From Eledone cirrhosa (taxonomy: Eukaryota): a DNA stretch of 64,000 nucleotides. A model generated the notes under the pieces. It was not told where the DNA came from. It did no database searches and saw nothing but the letters and a program-made list of their open reading frames with translations. The position numbers were made by a program, and so were the translations under genes. The stretch lies in the NCBI GenBank assembly GCA_964016885.1, contig OZ024740.1, positions 156,860,001 to 156,924,000 on the forward strand. Direction: 5' to 3'. Positions 1-15,668 of the stretch are shown here, one piece after another (position 1 is the first letter of the stretch; each line of letters begins with the position of its first letter).

Positions 1-82
1 TCAAAACGCACTTTTACATTTCGTCGAAAATGTTGGCCTTCTACTTATTTATACATCTCTCTCACTCTGTTTATCTATCTAC

Positions 83-157
<75 letters not shown>

Positions 158-216
158 ATATTAAATAATCAATGATATTAAATACATGGAAACTATATTT
201 ATAAAACCATATTTAT

Positions 217-271
217 TCTATTATATACATTTCAAGGGTACCAAAACTTTGGTACGCTTTCATCAGATAAA
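217..271 (-). ncRNA. Minimal type I hammerhead ribozyme in a PLE-like remnant
   Basis: Reverse complement reads tttat-CTGATGA-aagcgtaccaaagttttggtaccctt-GAAA-tgtata-TA-ataga: intact core, stem II hairpin and stem I. Confidence 0.7.
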
Positions 272-654
272 ATACAAAGTTTGTTTTATAAATTTTGACA
301 TAACCAAGAAAAAGATACCTTAACGGTTCAAGTTTTCCTGGAAAACTTGAACAATTATAAATGACCAAGTTAGCTAGATAGAAATATACTAACTAACTTG
401 GTCATTTACAATACAAACATAAATATGAGGATATTTGTGTTTATCAAATATATTGATTTATATTAACCTATATATATATATATATATACATACATATGTG
501 TGTGTGTGTGTATGTGTGTGTGTGTGTGTATGCGTGTGTGTGTTTGCCTTTGTACACTCCAGCAAAGGCTTGCTGAATATTCAAATCGAAATTGCTTGGC
601 CTCATCCTCTGGATTTTACCTCTTTCTCTCTCTCTTTCTCTCTTCCCCCCTTTG

Positions 655-703
<49 letters not shown>

Positions 704-851
704 ATTTCGTTTCTGAATTTGTTTAGCAAGATTCTTTATCTGAAAACGTCTGTTAAAACGGATATTGTTATGCCAATAAGAAGCACACGCACCAGTAGCT
801 TTCACTTCAATTTATTATAAATTAAATTTATAAATTTAGGAATTTATAAAT

Positions 852-1172
852 GTAGTATATAGCATAAGATGTGCTGAAGGACAATGCAGAGATAAAAATA
901 TAGTGTACATAGGTGAGACAGCTCGTAGTATAGGAGAACGGATAAATGAACACTGGCGAGAGCTTCAAGATAGTAAAGAATCATCTGTACTCCACCAACA
1001 TGCTAAAATAGAACATAAGGGTAAATTAGAGAACATAGAAATAAAAATAGAATCTACACACAGAAAAGACGCAATGTTTAGACAAATTACAGAGGCAATA
1101 AACATAAATGAACTCCAACCAAAATTAAATAGAAAACCTGAATGGAATAGCAACATCACAACTTACAATTAA
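852..1172 (+). pseudogene. GIY-YIG endonuclease C-terminal fragment of a PLE ORF
   Basis: VVYSIRC...VYIGETARSIGERINEH...LHQHAKIEH...RQITEAINI...PKLNRKPEW; 5'-truncated. Confidence 0.85.
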
Positions 1173-1371
1173 GGACAAAATGAAAACACACATACACATA
1201 GAACAAACAACCAACCAGTAACATGTAAATAAACAAATAAATAAACAAATATAAACAAACACAGACACCCGGATGTAACACATGCGCAAACTAAGCACAC
1301 AACACACACACAAACAAGATGGCGTAGGACAGAACAAAGCAGAGGCACAAAAACAAAGAAAAGAATCCCCA

Positions 1372-1414
1372 GTCACTGAAGAGGTCACAGAATGTGTGAC
1401 GAAAGAACTTTGAC
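1372..1414 (+). ncRNA. Minimal hammerhead ribozyme (family A)
   Basis: gtca-CTGAAGA-ggtcacagaatgtgtgac-GAAA-gaac-TT-tgac. Confidence 0.7.
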
Positions 1415-1562
1415 AATATATGAACAATCGTCTGGTTGTGGAACCAACCAACCAACCGGAAATTTATAAATTCATAAATTTATAAATTTAATTTATAATA
1501 AATTGAAGTGAAAGCAACTGGTGCGTTTGTTTCTTATTGGCAACATGACCCTCCCAAAGCAT

Positions 1563-1601
<39 letters not shown>

Positions 1602-3206
1602 AATAGCCCCCCCCCCCCCTCCCCCTTCACACACACACACACTTTTATTCAGCAATCTCTTCCTTGTTAGAACGATTAAATTTCAAATTGTCATTTAGAA
1701 GTAAAAAATTGTAAAACGATTATGTTTCGTTTATTATTATTTTGAATGAATTAACAAGTGACTTGATGGCATGAAAAGTAAAAAAAAAACGTTTTATCAA
1801 ATTTTAGTATGCATTAGATTTTATTTTCTTAATGAAAGTTTATATGAATTTCGTAACAAAAAACTTAAGTCATCTATAGAATAAAGAGAATAGAGAAATG
1901 GCTTTTAGGCGAGACATAAACACTTTGTCCCTATATTTAGTGTTTTAAAGAGCAAATCTATTTATTTAAAACTGAGTTTTTCTCTGCAGTTATCTATAAT
2001 CCTGCCTCGTCTATTAATTTTAAAGTATTTTACTGCCGACCTTTTGCTGAAGTAAATGCGAATATTTTTACTGATAACTCGACTAATAATAAACGAGTAC
2101 GTACTTACACATGTATATAACTACATACGTATCCTCCATATATATACGTGTGTGTGTGTGTGTGTGTGTACATGTGTATGTAGGTGTGTGTATGAATGTA
2201 CATAGGTCAAGATAACCCCCGATATTCTCTAGTATTTATAATTCCATTGGGTACCACTGTAGTTAGCGATACTGTCATAAAGTGTTGACAGCTTTGCACT
2301 CTCTGGTTGATAGCTGATGAAGAAAATATCGTGCAGTGCAATACACACACACACACGCACACACACACACACACACGCATATATATATATATATATACAT
2401 ATAGTCAGAGAGAGGGAAGGGGGGGGGGGAGAAAAACACATATATGTGTGTATATATGTTGTCTCTGATCGAGACGAAGCGAGATTGTATTTGAATACAT
2501 ATAGAAATGAGAAAACTCATCGCTTGAACAACCGTTAAAACAGTTAAATGTAGTCAAATACAGCGATGGGCAAAATGCCCCAGAGGACAGATACCAGCGG
2601 CCAGCGATCAACAGTGAGACAATCCACAAGGTGGATGACATGCAGATGAAATGTAGAAAAGATTAAAAGAGGAGGACAAAGAGAAGTGTGTTGGTGCATA
2701 GAAGCGACTGGAAGAAAGAGATAAAGAAAGGCGATGTAGAAGACAAGTTTACACACACATATCTTCTCCCTCATCAGCTCTCAAACCAGCAAAATGGTTT
2801 TCTTTCGTCCTACTATCTGCGGTATTTGTTTTATCACACACACATCATACCAGCAGAAAGATTTATTTTTCTGTTGCACGATCCAAAATTTTAAAATTGA
2901 ACTCTCAATTAAATCGTGCGAAAACATTTTATTGGTTTGAGAGCTGATGAGGGTGAAGATGTGTGTGTGTACATTAGAAGATCAGACTGAAAACTTTATA
3001 ATTTTAATTCCACAAATTCGAAGATGACCTGCCATTACAAAAACTCGGGCTCTATTTTCTATTTTCTATTCTCTGTTTGTGTTCGCCAAAATCCTTCTCT
3101 TTTCTATAATTAATTATGCACTTAACACCTGATGAAATTGCATTATATTCGGATGATACACACACACACACGCGCACACACACATACACGCACACACACA
3201 CGCACA

Positions 3207-3342
<136 letters not shown>

Positions 3343-3368
3343 CTGATATATATATATATGTGTTATGT

Positions 3369-4173
<805 letters not shown>

Positions 4174-4727
4174 CTATATTTCTATGGATGTATGCATATA
4201 ATCCAATTTCATTCAAAGGAAGTAATCCTTTAAACGAAAATAAAACCATACTTAATTATGTTCGGATATAACTCATTAGCTAAAACAAAAAAAAAGTATT
4301 TATGATAAAAGACACAAAAGAAAGAAAATTATAACCGGAAAAATGATATATCAAAATTATAGAATACTAGAATAATGGCACAATTATATTGAGATCAAAA
4401 AATATCATGGCTTTAGCGTCAATTCTGACGTGTGCTACGCGTTACTACATAATTTCCTTGTGCTTTTGCGTGATAAAAAAGATTAGAGCACCCTTCGTGA
4501 CAAGAGATTGCGTCTGTGTGCGAATGTTTATATGTGTGTGTTATTGTGTGTATGTAAATGTGTGTCTATATGATATAATAGGGTTGAGAAAAGGCGTATG
4601 TGGGTAGGAGGGAGTAAGGAGATCATGTGATAAAGATTGATGAGAGGAGTACATGAACGAGACAGAGTGGGGAAGAATAATGGAGAGATGTACCGAAGCT
4701 GGAAACCATTGTTGCTGTATTTGTTTT

Positions 4728-4758
<31 letters not shown>

Positions 4759-5407
4759 GTCCAAAGTTCTATGATCCAAAGCATTTCAACATCGTCCATC
4801 TCCCTTTTTTTTTTATTCAAACTCGGTGCATATTTGACTGCATTATAAAGAGATGATAAAATGCAGATATGAATCATCTCTTTCTTCTGAATGGACGCAC
4901 AAAAGTGGAATACTCTACGTAGCGACAGAATTAATCATCAGCTTCTAACAATTAAATAAACTACATTTCTTCTGTCTATTTTCTTCATAAAAAAATCACA
5001 GTTCATTTTTTTCCACAACTAAAGCATCTAATTCAAAAGCGGTAGCTATATCTAAAGTTTACCCAACAAATATGCTCTGCGGTCTAGTGTAGACAGATAT
5101 TATTTATTTAATTACATCATCAAACGCATGCACGTCTTGCAAATTAGACTAACCGTTTCAGATATTATATATATTCTGTGTGACATATAAAGCATTGCTA
5201 TAGTAATATCCCTTCGTGCATGGAATCATCGAGTAGTTATTCTTAGATGAGGAAACAAGAATCTCTGAAATTCGACATAAGCATAATCTCCTATTGCTTT
5301 ATGTGTACGGAGGAATATTTCATTGCATCCACCAGACCTGCCAACCTCTAAAGACCTCCAAAAGTTCTCGAAAACGGGGAGAAATGAGGCAAAATGAGGA
5401 GATTTTA

Positions 5408-5597
5408 CATAATTGTTTCTACTTTTTGGCACAAGGCCAGCAATTATCCAGTGCATTACTGGTACTTTATTTTAACGACCCCGTAAGGATGAAAGGCAAA
5501 GTCAACCTCGGCGGGATTTGAACTCAGGACGTTAAGGGACGTAACTATGCTGGAAAGCATGGCATCCGACCCTCTACCGATACTGCCAATCGACCGA
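5408..5597 (-). mobile_element. tRNA-derived SINE with Meta-like central domain
   Basis: Reverse complement shows A box tggcagtatcggtag, B box gagttcaaatccc and core ctttgcctttcatccttacggggtcg...aaagtacc. Confidence 0.85.
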
Positions 5598-5961
5598 AAG
5601 CTTTACCCATTTTTCACAAGAGAAGATATCTCTCACCCACCCCAAAGTGGGTGGGAGATTTCCCCGTCGGACGGAGTGTGTTGACAGGTCTGGTTTTCAC
5701 AGCTAAGCCGTCTCATTCAAAACTGGTAATGTCCACTTTAATATTAACCTAAATCATATATATATATTTGTGTGTGTTTATATAACCAACTATCAACTGG
5801 AACCATGTGAGAAGAGATAGGAAGAGAGAGAGAGAGAATGAGAGAGAGAGTAATGAAGAGATAGAGATAGATAGTGAGGTAGAGGGAGAAAGAAATCTGT
5901 TAAAACACAGTTCCTGCAAAAATACTTAGTTATGATTCATTTCAATAATCTTAAGTTAATA

Positions 5962-6143
5962 TAATTGATTCTACTTTTGGCACAAGGCCAGCAATTATCC
6001 AGTGTATTACTGGTACTTTATGTTATCGACCTCGTAAGGATGAAAGGCAAAGTTAACCTCGGCGGGATTTGAACTCAGATCGTAAAGGGACGTAACTATG
6101 CTGGAAAGCATGGCGTCCGACTCTCTACTGATACTGCCAATCC
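5962..6143 (-). mobile_element. Meta-like SINE copy
   Basis: Same consensus as 5408-5597. Confidence 0.85.
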
Positions 6144-6449
6144 ATTAATAATACTAATTTGATATTCACAGTATTTAATCTTGATACAAATGCTTTTTTG
6201 TTGTTTTTGCTGTTCAAATATGCAGTTTAAATAGAATGTAATTTATGGACGACACCGAATCAGTCACAATATCGAAGATAAACACTACTTTGTATAGAAA
6301 AAGCTATACTTTTTGTCGCCGTACTTGGTAGGTGCCCCGCAGTATTTTCTTAATATTTGGTTCATTAAATAAAATTTGTTTCGTGGATTACTGATTGTTG
6401 GGTAGTGGTTGATATATATAGGGTTCATTGTTCTTGCAGTAGTAGTAGT

Positions 6450-6539
<90 letters not shown>

Positions 6540-7405
6540 TGTTGTTGTTGTTGAAGTTGTTTGAACCTTAGATTGCTCTGATTGAGCAGGGCTATAAGCA
6601 ATGACATTCCAGTTGTGACAATTCTGTCTGTTGTTTTTCCTTTTTTTCTGACATTGTGTATATAGAATTCAACGTATTCACTTTAGTAGTTTTGGACGGC
6701 AGATGGGTGCAAAACATTGCTCTTTCTTCTCTCCAGCCGGCTCGTCCACAGAAGAGAAGGGTCATTTTTGCGCCTGACCTCTAATTCTAAGGCGCCCGAC
6801 CTTAATTAACATCACTATAATGTTTTTTTAAATGTGAATGTGCATCATTGAAAAGTACGGAGGCAGTGCCACCCAGTCTCCGATCTTTGGTGATGGATTT
6901 GCTTTTCAGGCCTGTTCTCTCAAGGCCTTCTAGGAAATGGAGTCAACCACAAAACAACCGACCGATATTTGGATAGTGTACCCTCCTGGGCCCGAAGTGC
7001 ATCAGAGCCTGGGTTTGTAGCTGTATTTTTTCAAAATATCTGCCAGAGTGAAACAGATGGTTTTCTTAAATAAGACACTTTATCAAGATAGTAATATAGT
7101 CCCAGTTAATTAAAAAAATATTTAAACGCAGTCGTATGTGACTCATTATATCTCAGAGTAGTGGTTATAAGTTGATATTATTATAAATATGGGATGTATT
7201 ACCTTACATTATTAGATTCCCTATAGGTAAGGAAGGCAATTGTCTCATATTTAATACATACATACATACATACATACATACATACATACATACATACATA
7301 CATACATACATACATACATACATACATACATAGTCACATTTATAGTGGGCCATGATGTGACTGCTCTATATATAAATATTTTCTGATAAGTATATATATA
7401 TATAT

Positions 7406-7740
7406 AAAGAGGAAATCGAAAATGCAACTGGAGTCTTATTTTTTTTTAAATATATATATTTATTTGGTTCCTTTACCGGTTTCGCAGTTCTTCTGCTTTT
7501 CAAATGTAGAGATGGAGGGTCTGTGGTTTTTCTCACATGTGAGAAAAACCACAGACCCTCCATCTCAACTCTACTTTTGAAAAACAGAAGAACTGCGAAA
7601 CCGGTAAAGGAACCAAATAAATATATATACATTTTTTTTTAATAAGACTCCAGTTGCATTTTCGATTTCATCTTTTTTTCTTAATACTTTCACTCGTGTA
7701 GGACACCTCAGTTATTTTTCATTTTGTAAAAAAACGTCAC

Positions 7741-7747
<7 letters not shown>
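7406..7747. mobile_element. Fold-back PLE-like remnant: near-perfect ~265 bp palindrome plus tail
   Basis: Arms are symmetric about ctcacatgtgag (~7538). The same 3' end and tail recur at 45977-46135. Confidence 0.8.
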
Positions 7748-7788
<41 letters not shown>

Positions 7789-7837
7789 GTGTGTGTGTGG
7801 GGGGGGGGGGTGAGTGTGGGGGGGGGTGTGTGTGTCT

Positions 7838-8200
7838 GATGGTAGCTAAGATGCTTCCATAGCGGTATGCCGGTTGAGCACTCTATGCTCTTACAGAGCA
7901 GAGTATGATAGAATAGAGAACGAAAAATCAGTGATGCATTTGAACTCAATTTTTTGTGTGTTACAATTGTTTCCCCGGCAGAGAGCTGGAGACGCGATCA
8001 TTGTGTGGATCTGTCTGATTCTGGATCCGCAGGTTCGACAGACACGTCTAATGATTTCGGAGCATTAGACGTGTCCGACGAACCTGCTGGTCCATAATCA
8101 GACAGACCCACAGAATGATCGCATCTCGAGATGTCCGCCGGGGAAACAATTGTAACATACAATAAATTGAGTTCAGATGCATCACTGATTTTTCGTTTTC

Positions 8201-8203
<3 letters not shown>
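7838..8203. mobile_element. Fold-back PLE-like remnant: imperfect ~290 bp hairpin plus tail
   Basis: 7912-8053 pairs with 8062-8203. The tail is related to 8940-9025 and 33995-34080. Confidence 0.75.
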
Positions 8204-8250
<47 letters not shown>

Positions 8251-8610
8251 TTATCAGAAAATGCTTTTTCTAGCAAATACGTTATTCGCTCACTGTCCAC
8301 CTTACTAGCCATCTGTGACCATTGTATCATGTGTTAATTTCTCTATCCGCCTCTCGAGATATTTTCACTTGCTATGTAGGAAATAGTCCTTTTTTTTACC
8401 ACAGTATCACGTGTTAATTACTCCCTCCGCCTCTAGAGATTTTCTCACGTCAAAAATCTGGTCCTTTTTTGTGAGGGGTCTCTTGATAAGTCGTATCAAA
8501 CTCACAACGATGATACAGTTTTACAATGCACACGGATCTGCGAAACTGCAGTCAGAACTTTGAATAAAATATAGGTATATATTTGTCTATTAATTTCTCA
8601 TATTTTGTTA

Positions 8611-8741
<131 letters not shown>

Positions 8742-8829
8742 TGTGTGTGTGTGTTAATATATTTTCAGAAATTTCACTTCCTTATGTTAGTGCCTGTGAT
8801 ATATATAACAAGTTTACGTGTCTACGATA

Positions 8830-8935
8830 GTTGTTTCTACTTTTGGAACAAGGCCAGTGATCATCCCAGTGCATTACTGGTACTTTATTTTATCGGCCCC
8901 GTAAGGAAGAAAGGCAAAGTTAACCCCGCGGGATT
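8830..8935 (-). mobile_element. Partial Meta-like SINE
   Basis: 3' half of the SINE consensus. Confidence 0.75.
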
Positions 8936-9024
8936 TTTCTGTGATATCATACTCTGCTCTATGAGAGCATCGAGTGCTCATACGGCCTACCGCACCCGGA
9001 CGCTTTAAGCATCCAACACCAAAT

Positions 9025-10184
9025 CCTTTCCTAATTTTCCCCCCTTTCCCCTTTCTTCCTCTCTCCTCATCCCTCCCCTCTGTTCTTCCTCCCTTCCCTC
9101 TCTTTCCTTTTCTCTCTCCTTTTTTCTCCACTTTTTTTCTCTCTTTCACTCTCCTTTTCCACCTGGCCTTTTGATTAATAAAAGGCCTCGGGCGCACCAG
9201 AACTACACCGATGTCCTGTAATTCAGCGCAGAAACATCGGTTCGGGAAACATTTACAGCTGACGATGGAAACTCCTTTCCTCCTTTCTCCTCCTGTTACG
9301 TCCTAACCACCATCCTAAACCTTGTTTTTAGTAACCACACAGTTCCTTTCGTTTCATAACTTTTTGTATTTACCGCTGTGACCCTACCTGCTTTGGTCGA
9401 TCTGTGTTCCCTCCACACTTTCGCATCGACCCTCTCTCTCTCTTCCCTTCTCCTCCTCACTCTCATTTTTTTTTTCTCCCTCTCTCTCTCTATCCATCCG
9501 TTCGGTTTTGATCGTTGACATGTTTACACGTGTCGTGGTGGCCTCTCTGTCCGCAATCTTTGCGGCACGTTTTTACCACCATCGTAAAAAAACCCCTTCT
9601 GGATTATCTCCTGTTCCCTTCTCCTCCACACTTTTGGTTGCCCGTGTCTCTCTCTCACTTTCTCCTGTCTATGTGAGAGGCAGCACGATTATACCAGCTC
9701 TGAGTCGTAGCTGACCACCAGGCTAAAGTCTCCCAGGCTGGCCACAACTTACTTTCCCTATTTTTCCACGGTTGCTTTTTGGCATGTTTCTTTCACCTGT
9801 GTCTTCCCACGATGGGATCTGTACACATTTTTTCCCCTATTCCTTTCCTAATGTTCCCCCTTTTCACTTGCTTCCTCTCTCCTCATCTTTTTCCCCCTGT
9901 TCTTCCTCCTTTCTCTCTCTTTCCATTTCTCTCTCCTTTTTTCTCCACTTGTTTTCTCTCTTTCTCTTTCCTTTTCCACCTGGCCTTTTGATTAATAAAA
10001 GGCCTCGGGCGCACCAGAACTACACCGATGTCTTGTAATTCAGCGCCGAAACATCGGTTCGGGAAACATTTACAGCTGACGATGGAAACTCCTTTCTTCC
10101 TTTCTCCTCCTGTTCCGTCCTAACAACCATCCCAAACCTTGTGTTTAGTAACCACACAATTCCTTTCACTTCATCATAACTTTT

Positions 10185-10185
<1 letters not shown>
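9025..10185 (+). repeat. ~340 bp direct repeat (9025-9365 / 9840-10185) in a pseudo-LTR-like arrangement
   Basis: cctggccttttgattaataaaaggcctcgggcgcaccagaac...cataactttttgtat occurs twice; the second copy ends in (TA)n. Confidence 0.8.
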
Positions 10186-10226
<41 letters not shown>

Positions 10227-10363
10227 TCATCATCAGGTCGAGCTTGCTTGGCTTTCTATGACACGTTTCCTCCATCCATCTCTGTCTCTCGTAGCGTTTG
10301 CCAGTTCTTCCGCAGTGCATCCAGTATCGTCCTCAAGTTGCTTGACGTATGTCTTCTTGGAAG

Positions 10364-10453
<90 letters not shown>

Positions 10454-10507
10454 ATATCTAAGCATTATACATAAACCTTACGTATATGTTTCAATATACA
10501 CCCCTTG

Positions 10508-10599
<92 letters not shown>

Positions 10600-10979
10600 T
10601 ATTTAAGTAACTACAGTTACAAACGGTTCACCGTTCAAAGAACTTATTGCTGTTCTAAGACGTGTCTCTTCTTCGGTTGTATTCCGGAGTTTAAGTGGCT
10701 ATAGTATATATATAGTTGGGCAATAGTTTGGTAAAGATATCCAAGGTATAGAGCAACTGCTCCTCCCGACCAATGAAACGTATGTCTCTTGTATGACGTC
10801 ATTGCAGTAACTGGTAGGCACACGAGCAAAGTACGTATCAAAGTGACGTATCAAACATATCGGTTATCATCTGAGGGTACCGTTCTCATAACAACAACGA
10901 ATGCATGAAGGACATCACGATTGCATGGAGAACCATGGAAATAATTATAATGATGAAACGATATATGTAACCTCAGTAT

Positions 10980-11024
<45 letters not shown>

Positions 11025-11890
11025 CCCGTTCTGTGTGTAAAAGAGTTTCACTTGGAAAATATTCCATCGATCTCTGTCAAATTAAACACATAGCCAAAAT
11101 AGGCTACGGTTTGTAACATCAAGAAAAAATTATTTCATAATGATTAATTTCGAAGTCACAAACTTCGATTTTATAATCTTATAGACTTTTGCACTAACAA
11201 ATTCCATGACGGCCATAAAGACAGAGAGCGTTCCTTTTACACACTTCTTAACTCTCCCTCTTCCACAACACGACGTTATGGGATTGTATGTGTATGTGCG
11301 TGTGTATATGTGTGTATGTGTTTGTGTGTGTATGTGTGCGTGTGTGTGTGTGTGTCTGTGTAATTTCCATAACGGCAAGAGAGAGAAGGATGTGTGAGAG
11401 GGAGATAGAAAGAGAGGAGTGAGAGAGAGAGTGTGTAAAATAAAGAAAGAGAGGAGTGTGTGACGCGAATATGATAAATACAACGTTTATAATTTTAACT
11501 TATTTATTACACTTCTTAACTCTCCCCCTTCCACAACGTCACGTCTTAGATTGTGTGCGTATGTGTGTGTGTGTGTTTGTGTGTATGTGTGTGTATGTTT
11601 GTGTGTGTATGTGTTTGTGTGTGTGTGTACATGATGGATGTTTTAAAATACATATTGTTCAACCGACACGGCTAACGATACATTTCGCTATGTTCACATT
11701 TTAATGACACATATCTGTAAATAAAACTTGCTCTTTTTGAATCCCGTCTCATTTTTTTTATTGAAAGAGTTGATCAGGTAAAATTATCCTCCAAGTTAAA
11801 CATACAACACGGAAATTGACCATTAACATTGCAGCCCTACCAAGAACTGACACCGTCCAATGGACGGGGGTCATTTGCTAGTATATATAT

Positions 11891-11972
<82 letters not shown>

Positions 11973-12395
11973 TTACACATAAACATATCGTATATACTTC
12001 TATATACCACCCTTACCCCTTCTTCCTCCCGGTTAGACCTGTGCGAAATTCCTTCCTTGCTCACATTTCAACCAGGTTTGATGGTCTTTATTCTCTCGTT
12101 CACGATTTCACCGAACTTAAATTCATAGAAATCTGGGACTTGTCTCCTTCTTCCTCACTTTCTGTTGCCTCACCATTTTGTTTGTTTACCCTCGCGTCCC
12201 CTTTATTTACGTGTCCCAACGACTTTTTTTAGCCGTTGCTCGCACCAACCGGAGGTATATGGTCTTTAAAGCGATGAAATGCCTATGATAGTTGGAAGAT
12301 CACTGATGAAGGACAAACTTTTTTCATATGTAACCCATTTGCAACTCCGCAGTGCCCTTATTATCATATTTACATATATTTATTTATATATATAA

Positions 12396-12449
<54 letters not shown>

Positions 12450-13399
12450 CGATAGAGAGGCGGGAGAGAGTGAGAGTGATGGAGAGAGAGAGAGAGTCAG
12501 CGGTGCTTCACACACAAGACGAAACCGCTTAGCGCCGCGGTCGGTATTTACTTCTCTCTCTCTACCTATCTTCCTCTCTCTCTTTCTTCCTCTCTTCCCC
12601 TCTCTTCCTCTCTCTCTCTCTCTCTCTATCTCTATCTATCTATCTATCTATCTATCTCTCTCTCTATATATATATATTTATTTATAATATAAAAGAAAGA
12701 TGTTTATTGGTTTGCTGGCTGGCTGGCTGGCTGGTTGGTTGAATCACACGAAAACTACACACACACATACCCCCCCCCCCCCACAAATACATACACACTC
12801 ATCTAAAGAGAGAGAGACCGCAGAGGAAGAGGCAGAAAGAGAGAGGTAGGCTGTTATACAGAGAGAGATACAATTAAAGTGTTAGATATTCAGAGAGAGA
12901 GAGTAACGTTCCACGAAAGTCTAGAAAAAGTTTAAACTATAGACCTTTCGATCTATAGGAATGTTTAACAACATTGCGTTAGCTTTTATAAAGTCGTTTT
13001 AGTCTTTGATCTTACAGAACAAAGAAAAATTAATACTATTTGTAATTAGTCTAGCCTCCATATACTACTTACAGTCAGTACTAGCGAAGCAACACTTCAG
13101 AAGTAATGTTATGCAGTATATTGCTGGGTTTAGATGACATCCTTTGGAGCTAAAAAAATCATACTGATTATGGTTATTTCACATTTAAAATCCAAGGCCA
13201 ATGCTACCATTTAATCGGCAGTTTACTCCCCCCGCCTAATAAGGAAATTTTATGATTGTTTTTTTTTTATGTCTCTTTCTAACACACAGACACACACACA
13301 TTGCGATCTCACCTCATACCAGACAACACATCCGAATACAGTCGTTTTCTCTGTTCTCCCGAGCACACTCAGAATCGTTGTCGCTCTTCTGTTGTTGTT

Positions 13400-14520
13400 C
13401 ATTAAGTTTGACACATTTGCTAATTCTTCAGTAGAAAGGCATTTTCCGCTATTAATTGTAATGCCATCTTCCAATCCCCCAGCTCTTGCCGACTTTGAAA
13501 CTTCTTGCATGATAGCAGCGCTCTTCCCTGCCAGTCCAAATCCAATAGACTCATTTGTTGACTAAGATAGATCTTTCCTCGAAACTGCGTTTAAATAGCT
13601 TTTCGCTACCCTTTACCAGGGATATTAATAAAATGGACGACATTTAAAACGTTAAGTGACCGCCAGTAATGTTTTACAGTAACATCCGGTTTTGTATCTC
13701 TTACATTGATCACTTTCTTAAACAATCCCTTAAGGTGGAATTTGATATTTTGCTCTACTCGTTCGGCTGAAGATAGATGTGTTTGGAGGTATGTAAACTT
13801 CGTCTTCTTTAAGCTTCATTTGAACTTTATCGATATTAAAGGATGGCTATGAGCGTTATATGACAGAAGATATCATTGATCGGTAAGTCATTCTCAATAA
13901 AGTAGTTGTACACAACAATGCAAAAATGATTTGTGTACCAGTCCATAAAAAATGTCTCCATGACTCATGCATACTTCAACTTCCAATAGTGAGGTAATTA
14001 TAAATATTTAAACTCTTAAATTTACGGGGTGTTTCTGAGTGGTAAAGCAGCTATAATTCAGAGGTTTTGTCACATTGCCACCAAATAGGAGAGTTAATCT
14101 ACCTTTGTTGATTTTAAATCATAATGCAGGCCATTCTCTAGTGACAATAAAGGTTATATAAGGCATTCTCTTCCAATATAGCCATGTATCATCAACATTG
14201 AAAATAATGATTTGGAATTCTGCTGAGAATGCTGAAGTAGATTCCATATCTGCACTTGCTGCCTCATCACTTATCTCAACCCAATGACACTTAATGTGAC
14301 ATTTATAAACTCGCAACCAGCCTCCACTGAATACAAATATTTTATAGTCACAGTCTTTCTCCCTTTAGTTAAGTAAAATAGACTTTGTTTATCAAAAATG
14401 TTAGCTTAACACAATGAAATATTATTCTTAGTCGAGCCTTCTACTTACAACGTTTCACTAAATTTCCACGAAAATAACGATTGTAGTTATATTAAACCGA
14501 CATTTTTCCATTGTATTTAT
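13400..14520 (-). mobile_element. Degenerate pogo/Tigger-like DDE transposase remnant
   Basis: Minus-strand peptides IFNVDDTWLYWKRMP and GRLTLLFGGN match the Tigger motifs N.DETGLFWKRMP and DRLTLL.GGN. Confidence 0.7.
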
Positions 14521-14585
14521 CTTCTCACTGAAGTATATTCATTATGCACATTGGGCTGAGAAAGTTATAAAAAAGTGCAAGACAT

Positions 14586-14730
14586 AATTATTTCTACTAT
14601 TGGCACAAGGCCAGCAATTACCCAGTACATTACTGGTACTTTATTTTATCGACCCCGTAAGGATGAAAGGCAAAGTCAACCTCGGCGGGATTTGAACTCA
14701 GATCGTAAAGGGACGTAACTATGCTGGAAA
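14586..14730 (-). mobile_element. Meta-like SINE copy (5'-truncated)
   Basis: SINE core and B box present. Confidence 0.8.
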
Positions 14731-14855
14731 ATGCGCTGATTATGTATGTCAACACTGCGTGAAAAGAAAGTACCAGACGAATGGGGACTACATCTGGCGT
14801 ATATATAGCGAGTGCGGAGAAAATCCAATTCGAGATTATCAAGAATTCCTTACAT

Positions 14856-15281
<426 letters not shown>

Positions 15282-15378
15282 TATATATATATATATATAT
15301 GAAACACACACACACATAAAGACATTTTTTCCAATTCCACCCCACCCGTCCCTTCAATCTACCTTATTTCTCATGCTT

Positions 15379-15414
15379 TCTTCTGATGAAGGGCTAGCGT
15401 CCGAAACGTTAAGG
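15379..15414 (+). ncRNA. Minimal hammerhead ribozyme (family E)
   Basis: ctt-CTGATGA-agggctagcgtcc-GAAA-cgt-TA-agg. Related copies lie at 17133-17167 (-), 33715-33749 (-) and ~27001-27035 (+, degenerate). Confidence 0.75.
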
Positions 15415-15530
15415 CCCTATCTCTTCCTGTTGTTTAAAGCGTTAACCTAATATATTCTTCCATACACTGTACCGATTGGGTTGTTATTTTTCTTTATCTT
15501 TTACATACACCCTCTCACACACACACACGC

Positions 15531-15568
<38 letters not shown>

Positions 15569-15577
15569 GTATATATG

Positions 15578-15610
<33 letters not shown>

Positions 15611-15615
15611 TTGTT

Positions 15616-15668
<53 letters not shown>

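Larger units (their letters stand above)
710..1570 (+). mobile_element. Penelope-like element 3' fragment (family A) with an inverted 3'-end copy
   Basis: GIY-YIG coding fragment, then a 3'UTR with an HHR. About 763-837 is the reverse complement of about 1474-1570. The element lies between microsatellites. Confidence 0.85.

Noticed and set aside
2752-3000. CTGATGA within a ~37-bp inverted repeat as an HHR
   Set aside because: No convincing stem I or stem II could be paired; only the inverted repeat is supported.
4623-5345. Short minus-strand ORFs as host exons
   Set aside because: No recognisable homology and no consistent splice-site pair.
7912-8203. Arm mismatches as a fossil of A-to-I editing, or a pre-miRNA/viroid-like rod
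   Set aside because: The mismatches include many transversions with no A-to-G bias; an aged fold-back insertion explains them.
12298-12325. ctgatgaaggac as an HHR (likewise 3130-3150)
   Set aside because: No downstream GAAA/UH half; at best a truncated remnant.
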